From assembly GCA_018296565.1 (NCBI GenBank), contig GCA_018296565.1_3935.1: a DNA stretch of 64,000 nucleotides; one strand, given 5' to 3'. This document shows, in pieces, positions 63,378-64,000 of the stretch. Source of the stretch: a phage. The position numbers and the translations under genes are program-made. The notes below the pieces were generated by a model. That model was not told the origin of the DNA. It made no database searches and worked only from the letters and a program-made list of their open reading frames with translations. Within the stretch, counting starts at the first letter, position 1. Every line of letters starts with the position of its first letter.

Positions 63378-64000
63378 ATGACTACTAAAACTAAAGCACA
63401 GATTGACGCAGAAATTTACGAACTGGTTAAAGAAGGTAAGCTGACTAAAACAGCTATTGCACAGAAGTTCAATACTTCAACCCGTTCAGTTGGTCGTGCT
63501 GTAGAGCGTCATGAAGCAACCTTAAAAGGTAAGAAGAAGGTGACTTCTACACCAGCTAAGAAGACCTTAAAGCAAGTTGCTAAGTCAGTTAAAAAGAAAG
63601 CTGGCAAACCAGTTGAAAAGGTTGTTAAAGAGGCTGTACAGAAAGCTCCAGTAAATAAACTGCATGAAGCTATGCAGAAAGATGACAAGATTGAGTACAT
63701 GATTACTGGTGATTCTGTAATTATGACTTATGGTTCAGAATCTGAAATTGTTGAGTCTACTCATCCGAACTATCAAGAGATTGTAGTTCATGTTGTGAAA
63801 GGTGAGTCCAAGAAAGCATTTGAACTGATGAACATTCGTAAGTCTATCGAAAACTTCACTCAGGGTGCTATCACAATCAAAGGCGACAAGCTATTCTACG
63901 GTGCTGTTGAGATGCGTTCTACTCTGGTTGACCGTATTCTTCACATGATGAAAACTGGCGATAAAGGTTTTGAACGACTTGTAATGTTCTTCGAAAAACT
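63378..64000 (+). CDS. rIIB: rIIB-like protein (3' end outside window)
   Basis: Open to the window edge; region NYQEIVVHVV...KGDKLFYGAVEMRSTLVDRILHMMKTGD parallels remembered T4 rIIB (LFYQNIELRSGLVDRILDSMEKGE); directly downstream of rIIA. Confidence 0.7.
   Translation, partial: MTTKTKAQIDAEIYELVKEGKLTKTAIAQKFNTSTRSVGRAVERHEATLKGKKKVTSTPAKKTLKQVAKSVKKKAGKPVEKVVKEAVQKAPVNKLHEAMQKDDKIEYMITGDSVIMTYGSESEIVESTHPNYQEIVVHVVKGESKKAFELMNIRKSIENFTQGAITIKGDKLFYGAVEMRSTLVDRILHMMKTGDKGFERLVMFFEK

Overview
This window looks like part of a tailed dsDNA phage genome (a virulent myovirus-type mosaic), read entirely from sequence and motif recognition without database searches. Layout: (1) 1-4390, a dense tRNA array of about 20 tRNA genes on the + strand, interrupted by an HNH endonuclease gene, three small ORFs and at least one structured non-tRNA RNA; (2) 4586-28501 (+), the late morphogenesis module: large terminase, portal, prohead protease/scaffold, decoration-like protein, major capsid, neck proteins, tail sheath, tube, chaperone pair with a -1 slippery site, tape measure, baseplate proteins, two His-rich tail fibres and two small membrane proteins; (3) 28538-38993 (-), an early-type block: thymidylate synthase, DHFR, an HTH regulator, DNA ligase, a family A DNA polymerase and many small unknown genes, with two homologous C/A-rich intergenic repeat regions bracketing a two-gene cassette; (4) 39251-64000 (+), replication and nucleotide metabolism: dNMP kinase, T7 gp4-like primase-helicase, gp2.5-like SSB, 5'-3' exonuclease, GIY-YIG and HNH endonucleases, a MazG-like protein, aerobic (NrdA/NrdB/NrdH-like) and anaerobic (NrdD/NrdG) ribonucleotide reductases, a Prs-Nampt NAD+ salvage pair, and rIIA plus partial rIIB. 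A sigma70-like promoter family (TTGACA-N17/18-TAGAAT) and numerous rho-independent terminators are visible. The most interesting candidates are the Prs-Nampt pair, the paired C/A-rich repeat regions with a covarying hairpin around an unknown two-gene cassette, and the non-tRNA structured RNA in the tRNA array. CDS coordinates follow the supplied ORF track, with starts moved to an internal ATG where an RBS supports it; tRNA, promoter and terminator coordinates were counted by hand and may be off by 1-2 nt.
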